Below, piece after piece: positions 38,142-52,073 of a DNA stretch of 64,000 nucleotides. The notes under the pieces are model-generated. The model ran no database searches and had not been told where the DNA came from. It worked only from the letters and a program-made list of their open reading frames with translations. The stretch lies in assembly GCA_043228905.1 (NCBI GenBank), contig JBHGNT010000003.1, positions 22,258,001-22,322,000 of the forward strand, given 5' to 3'. Source of the DNA: Azolla caroliniana (taxonomy: Eukaryota > Plantae > Polypodiophyta). Within the stretch, counting starts at the first letter, position 1, and the number at the start of each line of letters is the position of its first letter. The position numbers and the translations under genes were made by a program.

Positions 38142-40109
38142 AACACATAAGTAGCTAATTTGGGATAGATTAGATCCCAACAGATGATATGTATAATAGA
38201 TCAAACAAATTAATTAAGAGAATCAGTGTATGTATGTGTAAAGCAGGAACTAATTACGGTTCAAAAAGCTTCTAATGACTTTGAACTTCTGACTGCAGGC
38301 AAAAGGCGGGAGTTCGATTTTCTCATCAAGATTCCATCTCGTTCATTAATTTGAGTAACATCTGATTTTTCTTGATTGTTTTTTGTTTCTTGTTTCTTTT
38401 TGACTAATGCCTAATACCTATATGATAATCTATGAACAAAACGTCTGTTAGATTATTGTCCAAATTTTGATTTTGATTTCTTTTCTCTTTTTTTGATCTA
38501 GAATGCTAGTAGTAGGTGATCAATTATCTGGGCGTTCAAACAGGGATAACCTGCCCTGCATCCAAGATTAACATGTATCGCGTTTTCCTTTATGGTTCTT
38601 ATGACTGTGGCAATAACTGGAAATGCCATTGGTAATGAATGCTCCATCGATGCAGTTGCTCTAATGCAAATCTGTAATTGTTGAAAATGGAGGAACAATC
38701 CAGATCATAGTATGATAACGGTGTATCCAATTTCAACCGTATCTGAGAGTCATTCTCACACCATAATCATTACAAGAAACATCTCACATTATCTTCTTTA
38801 ATCACTACATTGGCCCACTATTTGCTGTCATTTTTCTTCCCATGATATTCAAATTAAAATCCTAGGGATTGGAATTTCCACAACATGGTTATCAACAAAA
38901 TATATTCAACACAATGGTTTTAATTCATTCCACTATATACCAAGATCTACGGGCCTTTTAAGCTACATGAGCTTTGGGTTATTGGAATACATGGAGAGAA
39001 AGCAAGACTGCATGAAAAGTGGACTGAATGGGCATGTTTAAAAAGTATCTCAACTCTATTTGTACCATTTTAAGAGAGAAAACTGCATTGAGTTTCACCC
39101 TATTCAATCAAAATACATAAGAGACAAAAGTGTATTGCATCCTCAAAACATTACACGCATTAGTAGAAGTCCTTTGTTGAAAAAGAAAGTGTTGATATTT
39201 CGTTGTATACTAATGTCAATGCCCATTTTTTTCCTTTGAGACCAATTGTCAGATCCTTGCTTGGAATTTCATTTTCGACAACATTTTGCCAAAAAATGGC
39301 ATTACAACATTTTTTTGATCTTGATTCACCCTATCTTGGTAGGTTCTACCAACTAATGAATTGTAATAGTCTTGAATATGTAAAAATCAGAAACAACTGA
39401 ATATGTATTTACTATTTGTAGGTTGAGAGAGGGAAAATAACTCTTGAAGATGTGTTTCAAAAAAATGGCTCAAAAAGAAAATAGAAAATAGAAAAAAGAA
39501 AAAAACAAGTTCTTGCAACAAGAAGATTGCAATGGAGATTACCTCTCTTGGCGGGTTCTTTCAACAACATGCATAGACGGTCAAAAATAAGCAAACAATT
39601 CCTTCCACACTGATGAATAGGCGTTTTGGTTGGTTCCCTTTGAGGTCTTTCACCAAGCCCTTCGCTCTAATACCACTGGTAGAGGGTGAGGGAGAAGCGG
39701 TCAAGTTGTTTTGTGCTTGCAGAGAAGAAAAAAAGGATAGCAGAGAAAGAAGGTACGCACACATAACTTTTGAATGTCACATAAAAAACCTTTATTATGT
39801 TAACTTATATACCTACTGATCAATAGTGAGAATTACATTTTTGGCTTTCGCTTTTGGGTCGGGGAGGGCCAAGACATAAACAAAAGCATGACAATTTACC
39901 ACTAGGGTGAACTAATTCATGATGATAATAAATGAAAAAATGAAAAAAAAAACAGTACACATTTTTCCCTTTTCAAACGTATTCAAATGCTTGAATGCTT
40001 GCACAAACACGTTTATTACATTCTATGCATATCACATAATCTTCCGCTTATCAACTACTCACATAATTAGGTACTAATTAACCCTTTCTTAATTACCTAA
40101 TTCTTAACA

Positions 40110-41863
40110 CACACAACCAATCGGCAAACAACAGTTGGCTGATGAAGCCGGATCTGAGTCGACCGACACACAACAACAAGCTGATGCACATGAATCTGAG
40201 TCGGAAGATGAGCTGGTAGAAGAGACTGAATCTGAGTTGGTGGCCAAAGAAAGAAGATACCCACGTAGGCAAAGGAAGATCTCCTCTCAATATCCAACCA
40301 ATCAATATGTTCTATTGACTGATGAAGGTGAACTAGAATGCTATGAAGAAGCCATGATAAATGAACACAAGGAGAAGTGGTATAATGCCATGCAAGAGGA
40401 AATGGATTCCTTGCATGAAAACCACACCTATGAGCTAATGGTGTTGCTTGAGGGAAAGAAGGCACTTAGAAACAAATGGGTCTACAAATAAAAAACTAGA
40501 GAATATGGAAATACACCTAGGTATAAGGCCCGTATTGTGGTGAAGGGCTTTCAACAGAAAAAGGTTGTTGATTTTGATGAGATATTTGCTCCAATTGTCA
40601 AGATGAATTCCATTTGAACTGTTTTGAGTATGGTTGCCAGTATGAATCTAAAAATTGAACAGTTGGACGTTAAAACAACATTCTTGCATGGTGAGTTGGA
40701 AGAGGAAATCTATATGCAATAGCTGGAGGGCTTTGAGGTGAAAGGAAAAGAGAACCTTGTATGTAGGTTGAGGAAGAGTTTGTATGGGCCGAAGCAAGGT
40801 CCTTGACAATGGTATAAGAAGTTTGAGTCCTTTGTGTTGGAACATGGATTCCATAAAACACAAGCTGATCATTGTGTATTCGTGAAAAAGTATGATGAAG
40901 GTGATTTTCTAATTCTCTTGCTGTATGTGGATGATATGTTAGTTGTTGGATAAAATGCTAAAAAGATTGCAAGCTTGAAGAAAGCTTTGAGCAAATCTTT
41001 TGCCATGAAGAACTTTGGACCAGCAAAACAGATTTTGGGAATGCGTATAGTCTGGGACAGGACTAAAAACACGTTATGGCTATCACAAGAGAAATATGTG
41101 ATGAAATTTTTGCAAAGGTTTAACATGTATAATTCAAAATCGGTTGGATCTCCATTGCTAGTGAACTGTAAGTTAAATTAAGGACAATGTCCAAAAACTG
41201 AGAAAGATAAGGCAGAGATGAGAAGGGTGTTGTATGCCTCAGTTGTTGGGAGCCTAATGTATGTTATGGTTTGCATGAGGTCGGACATTGCATTTGCTAT
41301 TAGGACAATTAGTCGGTACATGAGTAATCCTGGAAAGGAGCATTGGACAATCGTAAAATGGATACTTTGATACCTCAAAGGTACTTCGAGTGTATGCCTT
41401 AGATATGGCTCCGGGAAACCTATGCTCGAAGGTTTCACAAATTCTGATATGTCGGGTGATGTAGATTCCAGCTAATCCACATCAGGGTATGTGATGACCT
41501 ATTCAAGGGGAGCTGTGTCATGGCAATTAAGATTGCAAACGGTTGTGGCTTTGTCGACTACAGAGGCTGAGTATATGGCTATAGTGGAAGCCGGAAACGA
41601 TTTGATTTGGATGAGAGATTTTCTAAGTGAACTAGGAATGAAGCAAGAAAAATTCCTACTTCATTGTGATAATCAAAGTGTTATCCATCTTGCTAAGAAT
41701 GCTACCTATCACTCTCGTACAAAGCACATTCAAAGAAGGTATCATTGGTTACGAGAGAGAGTGGATGAAAATGAGTTTGTCTTAACGAAGATCCAAAATG
41801 AGTTTGTCTTAGTGAAAATCCATACTAACGAAAATGGATCAACCATGCTTATTAAAATCTTAT
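40110..41863 (+). mobile_element. Degraded Tork-like Copia RT/RNase H fragment
   Basis: YVLLTDEGE...KKALRNKWV, LYVDD, YHSRTKHIQRRYHW, with many stops. Confidence 0.92.
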
Positions 41864-43356
41864 TGTTAATAATTAGGTAATTAAGCAAGTGTTAATTAAT
41901 ACCTAATTATGTGATCAAATTAAGCGGAAGATTAAGTGATATGTGTGTGTATGTGTGTGAGAGGAAGAGAGAGAGATATACACTTATGAACAACACAAGA
42001 TGGGGGATGAGTAACTATATTAAATTAGCATTATCATCATCAAATACAAAAATACCTACAATGAGGTATATATAGATCTCATGTGCAAGGGTGCACATGT
42101 GTGAGGATAATATAGGTACAAAAGTGTAAGTCCTATATTAAATGTACTTAGGAGTGGAGGATCTAGAATATCTCACTTAAGTACAAGGTCCTATTTAAGA
42201 CGTTATAGTTAACACTTCTAACTAGATTCTATCTACGTAACTACGAAGTTACATGGTTGACTAACTAACTAAACTAAGTTGAGCTCGATCTCTCAACATG
42301 CCCCCTTAAGCTCAAGTGTGAGGCGTTCCACATCCGCTTTGGCTTTCGTTGGCTTCGTGTGCTTTCATTTGGCCTTCGGCTTTCTTCGTTGTGGCAATCT
42401 CGGTTCCTCCCCCTCAAGCCGATGACGAAGGCTTGTAGTGTGTGGGTGAAGGTCAACTACTTCCGCCCATCGTGGGTTACAAGCCGCTTCGGTGGAGCTC
42501 TCAGGCTCTTGTTCAGCCGCTACCTTCATCGCAAAGGCATAGTGATGGGCCATGTACTCGTTGTAGCCGAGCCGGGCAACGAGGTTCTTAGCTCTAGATG
42601 AGCGTCAAAGTTTTTCGCTCGCCGATGTGAGCACCTTCTTTGCTCCGGGTGTCCGCATGATGGGTACGCTGAACTCACTGTCTAGTGAGGGATCCGACTT
42701 ACCCTAACCGCTCGGGTAGAAGGGTTGTAACACTTGTATGCCTTCTTCTCAGACGAGTATCCTATGAGGATACATTCCTCCGACTTCGCGTTGGGCTTCT
42801 GTCATTGTTCATTTGGGATGCATACATTTGTAATGCTTCCGAACACCTTAAGGTGCGATAGGATTGGCTTCCTTCCAACAAGGAGCTCGTATGGAGTTAG
42901 CTAATGCACTCCATTAGTGGTGCATCGATTCATAAGATAGACGGTTGTGGATGTCGCTTCAGCCCAATAGAAATTCAACATGTACTTCTCATGCCTCATG
43001 GTGCGTGCTACCTCGAGAATTTACTGATTCTTCCTTTCGGCTACTCCATTTTGTTGGGGTGTGTGTCAACACGAGAATTATCTCCGAATGCCTTCACTTT
43101 GGAGGCAGGAAGTAAATTCATCGGAGAAGTACTCCTTGCCTCCATCCGATCGTAGGCATCGAATGTGCCGACCGGTTTCTTTTTCGACTTGGCCCTTGAG
43201 CTTTTGGAAGTGGGAGAACACTTCACTCTTCTTCTTCATCGAGAAGATCCACGCGTAGCGCGAGTAGTCGTCGATGAAGGTGACGTAGAATTGGCATCCG
43301 CCGATCGTCGGCATTTGAGCCAGTCCCCATACATCCGAGTGTATGATGTCGAGGAG
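41864..43356 (-). mobile_element. Internally deleted Copia (integrase fragment, PPT, 3' LTR 41864-42298)
   Basis: IIHSDVWG...YVTFIDDYSR...LRSDGGKEY; PPT TTAAGGGGGCA abuts TGTTGAGAG at 42298. Confidence 0.75.
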
Positions 43357-43365
43357 TGTCGAATA

Positions 43366-46300
43366 TGTAAGGAATAGACCCTTCTATTCACCTTCTTCAC
43401 TCGGCCACAATCGAGTAAGCGCGAATCGATGGAGCAGAAAATAGGAACCACACGGAGAAACAAAACGCGAGTACACAGGGATTAACGTGGAAAACCCTAG
43501 ACGGGAAAAACCACGGGAGTACAAGACTCCAAACCAACACTATACAGAGAAGTATACAATGGCGAGCTGCAAGGCGACGACCTTGAGCTCGCTGTCCTCG
43601 CCACAGGCGGCGGAAATACACAGAGGCGTCTACCTCTTCCTCTCTCGCGCTCTATCTCTCTCACGGCTGCTCTCTCTTCACTCCTCTAAAGTGGAAAAAC
43701 AGAAAAATGAGAAGCAACTATAAAACTGTTTGCCCTAAGTCATATTTATACTTATATGACTTTGGGCTATTTACAACTGTAGCCTCAGGGGCCCATAGCG
43801 AACATATTCACGGATATGTCCCTGCATCCGGATCGCTCTCCGGGTACATTCGTCATCCGGTACCGAAACCGGGGTCTTCGTCATCCGGATCCGAAACCGA
43901 AACCGGGCTTGTCGGCATTCATCTCCGATATCCGACCATCCCATCCGAAAGGGACCGAAATCCCAACAAACTCCCCCTTCACTTCGGCATGGGATGTCTC
44001 TCCAATCCGATCCTCTTCCGGCATGCTTCCAGCTTGTCGGGTGTGAGCACCTTGGTCAGCATATCCGACCCGTTCTCGTCCGTGTGGATCTTCGTCAGCA
44101 CGAACTCCTTGTCTTCTATCCTTTCCCGGATCCAATGATATCTTCGCTGGATGTGCTTCGTCCGGGAGTGATAGGCCGCGTTCTTTGCAAGGTGGATTGC
44201 ACTCTGACTGTCGCAGTAGAGTCGGTACTCCTCCTACCGGATACCGAGCTCTCTAATGAAGTCCTTCATCCATATTATTTCCTTGCCGGCTTCAACAGCC
44301 GCCATGTACTCCGCCTCCGTGGTTGACAGCGCAACCGTCTTCTGCAGCCTCGACTGCCATGAAACAGCTCCCCCTGCATACGTCATCACATACCCTGATG
44401 TGGACCGGCTGGTATCTGCATCAGCCGACATATCCGAATCGGTAAAGCCGTCGAGTTCGGGCTTTCCGGAGCCGAATCGGAGGCACACGTTTGCCGTGCC
44501 CTTCAGGTATCGGAGTATCCACTTGGCCGCGTTCCAATGCTCTTTGCCGGGATTGCTCATGTACCGGCTCACCACTCCGACTGCATATCCGATGTCCGGT
44601 CTCGTACACACCATGGCGTACATCAAGCTCCCGACGGCTGAGGCATACGGCACTTTCATCATATCCTCCTTTTCAGCCTTTGTCTTGGGACTTTGCTTGT
44701 TGGACAGCTTGCAGTTTGTCGGGAGGGTCGATCCGACCGGTCTTGCTTCCGACATGTTGAACCGTTTAAGCACCTTTGTCACGTACTTCTCTTGTGACAG
44801 CCACAACTGCTTCTTGCTCCGGTCCCGGATGATGTGCATCCCTAGTATTTGTCTCGCCGGACCCAAGTCCTTCATTGAGAAGGTTCGGTGAAGAGCCTTC
44901 TTCAGCATCCGTATCTTGACCTGGTCTCGTCCGACGATCAACATGTCGTCCACGTACAGGAGGAGTATTAGAAAGTCTCCTCCTTCGAATTTCTTCACAA
45001 ACACGCAGTGGTCGGACTGCGTTTTGAGGTACCCTTCGTCGGTCATGAAGGAGTCGAACTTCCGGTACCATTGCCGGGGAGCCTGCTTCAGTCCGTAAAG
45101 GCTCTTCTTCAACCGGCATACCAGGTGCTCCTTCCCTTTCTTCTCGAATCCTTCCGGTTGCTGCATGTAGATCTCTTCATCGAGGTCACCGTGAAGGAAT
45201 GCCGTCTTCACGTCCATCTGTTCTACCTCGAGGTCCATGCTTGCCGCTATGCTCAGCACCGTCCGGATGGAGGTCATCTTCACTACCGGGGCAAATATCT
45301 CGTCGAAGTCGACGCCCTTCTTCTGCTGAAACCCCTTCACCACGATCCTGGCTTTGTATCTCGGGGGGTTTCCGGCATCTCCCGGTTTCAGCTTGAACAC
45401 CCACTTGTTTCGAAGTGCCCGCTTTCCTTTCGGCAACTCCACAAGTTCATATGTGTGGTTCTCATGCAGGGAATCCATCTCGTCCTGCATGGCACTCAAC
45501 CACCTGCGGCTCTGGGTGTCATGTTTTGCTTCTTCAAAGCTCTCCGGCTCCCCCTCGTCGGTTAGCAGCACGTGCTCTGGTTCCGGAAATCTCCGGGGGG
45601 CCCTTCACTCTCTTAGAGGATATCTCCGTTCCGGAGCTTCGGTAATCGGTTCTTCCGATTCTTCTTCATCCGAATCCATTTCGGGATCGGGGCCGGTTCC
45701 GGTATCATTTTCGTCTTCTTCGGCCGGTTCGGTTTCTTCACCGTCTTCGGCCGGATCCTCGAGTGTTAACCGGTCCCTTGCCGGTCGGGACTGCTCCTCG
45801 TAGAGTTGATCCTCACCGGTCGACTTGGAGCTCTTCATCTTCTTCTCCGACTCCCAGTCGGCGAGTGTCTTGTCCTCCATGAAGATGATGTCTCGACTCC
45901 TGAATATCTTCTTGTCGACCGGGTCCCATACTCGGTAGCCGAACTCGTCGTCGCCGTAACCGAGGAATATGCATGGCCGGGTCTTTGGATCTAGCTTTCC
46001 TCTCTGGTCCTTTGCCACATGCACGTATGCGAGACACCCGAACACCTTCAGATGCCGGTAGGACACTTCCTTACCGGTCCACACTTTCTGCGGCGTGTCT
46101 CCGTCCAAAGGTACTGAGGGTGATCTGTTTATCACGTAAGTCGCCGTCGACATTGCCTCAGCCCAAAACCCCTTGGGTAATTTCGCATGTGCCAGCATAC
46201 TCCGGACCCTCTCCATTATGGTCCGGTTCATCCTCTCGGCCAGCCCGTTCAGTTCCGGCGTCTTCGGCACAATAAACTCGAGTCGGATTCCCTTCGAGCG

Positions 46301-48684
46301 ACAGTACTCCTGGAACTGCCCCCGATATTCCCCTCCGTTATCCGCTCGTATCGCTTTCAGCTTCTTGCCGGATTCCCTTTCCACTCTCGCGTGGAGTTCC
46401 TTGAAGACGCACAACACTTGGTCCTTTGTCTTCAACGGTGTCGTCCACAGCTTCCGGCTGTGATCATCAATGAATGTCACGAAGTACTGGGCTCCGCCAT
46501 GTGACTTCGTTTCTACTTGACACACATCAGTGTGTACCAACTCCAATGGTACACTACGTCTCGTCGGTGGCCTTGAGTGGAAGGAGGCTCGGTTCTGCTT
46601 ACCGGCCAGGCAATCGGTGCACTTCTCCAGGTGCACGTGCTTCACTGGAATAAGGTTGTCTTCTGCAAGCCTCTTCATCCCCTTCTCACTCATGTGGCAC
46701 AGTCTTTTGTGCCACAGCTCACCGGCAGTGTCGGCTGCCACATTCAGCTCTTCCGGACATAACCAGGCATTCATCAGGTACAGTGTGTTGACCTTCCGGG
46801 CCCGAGCCACTATCAAGCTCCCCTTGCTGAACTTCATGACACCGTTCCGGATGCTACCCGTGTAGCCTTCATCATCTAGCCTCCCGGCCGAAATCAGGTT
46901 CAGTCGGACCTCCGGAACGTGTCGGACATTCTTCAGCAGCATTTTGCATCCGGTCGGGGTTGTCAACCACACGTCTCCTATGCCGGCAATCCGGCACGTA
47001 CCTTCGTTTCCCATCCGAACACAGCCATGCTCGCCGGCTGTGTAGGATGAGAAGTATCTTCTCTCCGGGGTCAGGTGGAACGATGCTCCGGAATCGACCA
47101 CCCAGGTCGTCTCATCGCCGGCAATGTTTAGTTCACCTTCTTCGGTGATGAGCATGATCTCCTCTTCACTTGCCGCGAGTGCCGTCGTTCCTTTCCGGTC
47201 CTGTCCTCGCCGATCCGAACCATTTCGGTCCGTGGCTCCCCGGTATGCACCGTTTCTCTCCGGTGACTTCTTCGAATCGGTGTTGTCGGTTCCATTGTCC
47301 TTTCGGTAATGCCGACAATTCTTTCGGAAGTGCCCCGGCTTCCCACAGTGGAAGCATGTGGGCCTTCCTCTTGACTGCGACCGGGTCCCCGACTTCTCCC
47401 GTCCTTGCGGACTCCGGTTCCATTGTCTTCCCCGATCCGATTCGGTAAACAACATCTTCGGGTCGGAGGCCGGTTCCTTATCTCTCCGACGCGCTTCTTC
47501 ATTCAAAATACTTGTCTTTACCGTTTGTAAGGACAAGTTATCTTCGGTGCAGGAGGTGCTGAGAGTTACCACCAAGTTCTCCCAGCTTTCCGGCAATGTA
47601 CACATCAGAATGATGGCTTGCATTGCGTCCTCCAGCGGGAACTTGATCGCCGCAAGCTGGTTCACGAATCCCATGAACGTGCTTACGTGTTCCACCATAC
47701 TCTCGCCGTCCCGGTACTTGAGATTCACAATCTTCCTCATCAGGGAGGTCCGGTTCAGCGCATTCTTCCTCTCGTAGAGGCCCGACAGCTTCCGCCACAT
47801 CTCATATGCGTTGGTGTCGTTCGCCACATGTTGTAGAACGCTCACGTCTACGTATTGCCGAATGGTTGCAACGGCTTTCCGGTTCAGAAGCCTCCATTCC
47901 GACTCAAGTACCCCCTTCGGTATTTCCGACCTGTCGATCGGTTCGTACAGGTCCCGAACAATCAGAAGATCCTCCATCTTGATCTTCCAGTCGGCGTAAT
48001 TCTGTGCATTCAGCACCATCATCCCCGGCTGCCCGCTGCCGCCGCCTTCCATTTTCTGCAACAGTCGCTCTGATACCAGTTTGTAAGGAATAGACCCTTC
48101 TATTCACCTTCTTCACTCGGCCACAATCGAGTAAGCGCGAATCGATGGAGCAGAAAATAGGAACCACACGGAGAAACAAAACGCGAGTACACAGGGATTA
48201 ACGTGGAAAACCCTAGACGGGAAAAACCACGGGAGTACAAGACTCCAAACCAACACTATACATAGAAGTATACAATGGCGAGCTGCAAGGCGACGACCTT
48301 GAGCTCGCTGTCCTCGCCACAGGCGGCGGAAATACACAGAGGCGTCTACCTCTTCCTCTCTCGCGCTCTATCTCTCTCACGGCTGCTCTCTCTTCACTCC
48401 TCTAAAGTGGAAAAACAGAAAAATGAGAAGCAACTATAAAACTGTTTGCCCTAAGTCATATTTATACTTATATGACTTTGGGCTATTTACAACTGTAGCC
48501 TCAGGGGCCCATAGCGAACATATTCACGGATATGTCCCTGCATCCGGATCGCTCTCCGGGTACATTCGTCATCCGGTACCGAAACCGGGGTCTTCGTCAT
48601 CCGGATCCGAAACCGAAACCGGGCTTGTCGGCATTCATCTCCGATATCCGACCATCCCATCCGAAAGGGACCGAAATCCCAACA
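43366..48684 (-). mobile_element. Full-length Ty1/Copia (Tork-like), copy 2
   Basis: 603-bp LTRs 43366-43968 and 48082-48684 (one difference seen); TSD GAATA; PBS 48067-48078; PPT at about 43971-43982. Confidence 0.98.
43979..48052 (-). CDS. Copia gag-pol with two in-frame stops (45605-45607 and 44234-44236)
   Basis: Nearly identical protein to 18575-22648. ORFs 48061-45605 and 45571-44234 are in one frame. Confidence 0.93.
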
Positions 48685-48876
48685 GAATATGAGTGTATAA
48701 TGGCCGTATTCACATTGTCCCTCTGGACAACCCAAGTTTGGGCTATTTCTGTAAATAGCATAAAGGGTAGTTGCCCTAGGATAGTCACTATATAAAGTGA
48801 CTTTGTAACCTTTAGTAAGGGTTGTTGGTTGTCATTTGTAACTATTGCTATTAAGAAATAAAATGTTTCTTTTGTG

Positions 48877-48877
<1 letters not shown>

Positions 48878-48935
<58 letters not shown>
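48878..48935. repeat. (CT)n microsatellite inside an LTR
   Basis: Direct inspection. Confidence 0.95.
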
Positions 48936-48939
<4 letters not shown>

Positions 48940-51044
48940 CTTGTTTATTCTCATACACAGGTCCTTCAACATCACATATGTTGTTTCTTCTTCCGCACTG
49001 ACGACCTTGTCCCCAACATTTGGTATATCTTGTTTATTCTCATACACAGGTCCTTCAACATCACATATGTTGTTTCTTCTTCCGCACTGACGACCTTGTC
49101 CCCAACATTTGGTGTCAGAGTGTTGGAGGTTCTTCAACCTGCTGCCGACCGTCATAGTACACCACACAACATTCTGTTTCTGTTTTTTCTTGAAGAACAA
49201 AGAAGAGAGAAGACAAACAAGAAGTCTGCATCTCACTGTGTTAAGTCACTAATTGGAGTAAGCTAGTCGGCCGTACCCTGTTCCTGTGATTGTAACCACT
49301 TGAGGTGAGCCCCTTGTGCAACACCCGACCCAATCGTGCTTCATTTGGTTAAACAACATCCGAATAGGTCACCGGACGCTATTCACCCGCTTGTTGTAAC
49401 CACCCGCTGCAGATTGGTCTCCAAGCAACAACAAAATTCGTGCTTCATTCGGATGATCGACGTTCAGGAGGATCAGTTGGATCCGTCCCTCTCATCGCCG
49501 CAGTCATCCGAAGCAGAATCGGCCTAAACAATCGGTTTCTTGTGATCGGTATTTGGCATACAATCGGAAGCTAACCAGAGTCACTCCAAGAAGGCTAAGG
49601 AAACAAGTATCTGAAACCAAACCGACTCGGGTTCAAGACCGACTAGAACGATATCAGGTGAGCCGACCGACTGCAGTTGACTAAGGTTCCTAGTCAACTC
49701 CGAACAGAGTCTTACCAACCGAAACCGAATAAGATGGCATCAACATCTGGCTCATCGGAGATGAGTCCAAGGAGGTTCGACGATTCGAACTTCAACTTCT
49801 GGAAGGAACAAATATAGACCGGATTGAGAATGAAAATCCTCCATAAGCATACAAGGCAAACGAGTGGCTAAAGCTAGACAGAATCGTCTGCGCCACGATT
49901 CGGATGCACTTCTCGGAGTCAGTGTACTTCATAGTGCAATCATGCTCGACAACTTTTGAACTTTGGAAAACACTGTCAGAAACTTATGAAAAGAAGGTCG
50001 CCGCAACGAAGATGTATCTGATCCGGTGAAGCAACTCGGAGAAAGCCTTTCGCCAAAGACTCGGCAGATGAAGCTTACGTAGTACAAGGTTCGACCGACC
50101 GATCAAACAACCTGGGAAGAAGTTCTTCTCGATCACCAAACAATCAGCGAAGCCGGAGCAAGTCCTGGGACAACCGAATCTGCAACTACTGCAAGAAACC
50201 AGGACACATCAAAGCCGACTGTCGGGTACTCAAAGCAAAAACCGACAAAGCTCAGAGAGCGGATCAGAAGAGTAGCCGGCATGAGGAGGTCAACTACGTC
50301 GGCTCTTCAGCCGAAATTTTGACGATCGACCCGAACATACTGTCCATAGAGAACCCAGTCGAATCAGAAGTTCTGTTTACGACTGAAGAATCGAGCACAT
50401 GGCTCTTGGACTAAGGCGCATTGTATCATGTGACACCTCACCGATCTCAGTTTTGGCAATACTCGAACTGACACTCCGACTCAGTTCGAGTCGGAAACTC
50501 GCAACACTGTGCCATAATCAGAATCGGCACCGTAGAGCTCAACCTTCCGGGTGGCTCTACACTCATATTACACAACGTCCGACATGTTCCTGAGCTTTCA
50601 AGACCCTTGATCTCAGTCGAACAACTTGACGAAGCCAACATCCGTGCCGGGTTCTCATCAGGAGGGTGGACACTCCACAAAGGGAACCTCCTGCTTGCTC
50701 GAAGACCAAAGGTACACTCTTTGTACCCTTTATATGTCACACTCAAAGAGGGTGACTTATTTTTGGTTGATATCCCCATGTCATCGTTATGGCACAGACG
50801 ACTTGGACACCTCAGCAAGGCTGGCATAACGCACCTATCCAAAGTCAGTTACATCCCCAAGCTCTCCTTCTCGGATCACCAATTCTGCGAGCATTGCCAG
50901 TACGGCAAATAGGTAGACGCATCACACCCGACATTAGCACCAAGAGAATCGAGTCCCCTCGATTTGGTCCAGTCGAATGTCTGTGGCCCAATGCCACATT
51001 AGTCTCTTGGCGGTGCTTCGTACTTCATCAGTTTTATTGACGAC

Positions 51045-52073
51045 TGTTGAGAGACAAGCTCAACATCGGCCGGTTCGGCTGAAGAAGCCGAGGACCAGAT
51101 CGGTTGGGACCGATCGGTTAGGCCGAGTGCGTAAACCGGGAGGTCGTTAGGAAAGATATTCCGTGAGGAATATATTTGGGAGTTAGTGTAGGGGCTCTTG
51201 ATGAGCATTGAAGTACTGTTAGTACTTCGGTCAGTCCTTTTAGGACTTGCATAAAAGTGCTCATTGAGCACGTCTTATGTACAAAGATTGAGTATTATTG
51301 TGAAATATAATTTTTTGTGTTTTCTCTCTCTGTCTCTCCCGCGTATACCGTGTAAGTCCAAGCTCTCCATTAAACCTGTGTTTCCTTCCTCTGTTCTGTC
51401 TTCATACCTGCTTCCGCACGCTACTTTCTACATGGTATCAGAGCGCGAGGGTTGAGAACCTCTCTGCAGCCGACACAGCTTGACGAAGAAGAACAAGAAG
51501 AACGATGGATAGAGGCATGGCGAGCTCGCTTCCAACAGAGAAGCTCGACAGAACCAACTACGCGTCTTGGTCCTACAAGATGCACCAGTACCTGCTCGGG
51601 CATGGCTACTGGAGTTATGTCGAAGGAGCTAATGACGCGGCACCCGAATCGACACACAGAGACTTTCCGTCGTGGGAGCAATCAACGAGCAGGGTACTAT
51701 ACTGCTTCGCGTCGTGTGTGGGCGAACAACTATTGAGCTATGTTCGGGATGCAAAGACGCCGAAGGGTGCGTGGGAAAATCTGAAGAAGATTTTCGCCGC
51801 GAGCACCACAGCCAGGAAGCTTTAGCTTCGACAGGAGTTGAGCAACCTATGACAACGCGACTTGTCGGTGGCGGACTATACCTCGAAGATCAAGGATATC
51901 TGCGACTCCCTCGCCTCCATAGAGGTGAACATCGAGGAGAGCGAGATGGTCCAGATCTGTCTCGAAGGTTTGGCGTCGAAGTTCGGAGCGTTCCGAACGG
52001 CTGTGTGTACCCGGGAGAATACGCCGTCCTTTTTCGACTTACAGTCGATGCTCCTGGTAGAGGAGAACCACGC
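51045..52073 (+). mobile_element. Copia 5' LTR (51045-51432), PBS and gag fragment
   Basis: TGTTGAGAG...CA; TGGTATCAGAGC at 51433; gag LPTEKLDRTNYASWSYKMHQYLLGHGYW...LLVEE. Confidence 0.88.

Larger units (their letters stand above)
43357..51044 (+). mobile_element. Degraded Copia 5' half whose 5' LTR (43357-43365 plus 48690-49107) is split by Copia copy 2
   Basis: TGTCGAATA start; LTR end CCCCAACA plus PBS-like TGGTGTCAGAG (49110); gag MASTSGS..FDDSNFNFWK, CNYCKKPGHIKADC, LWHRRLGHLS, ..FIDD at 51044. Confidence 0.75.
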
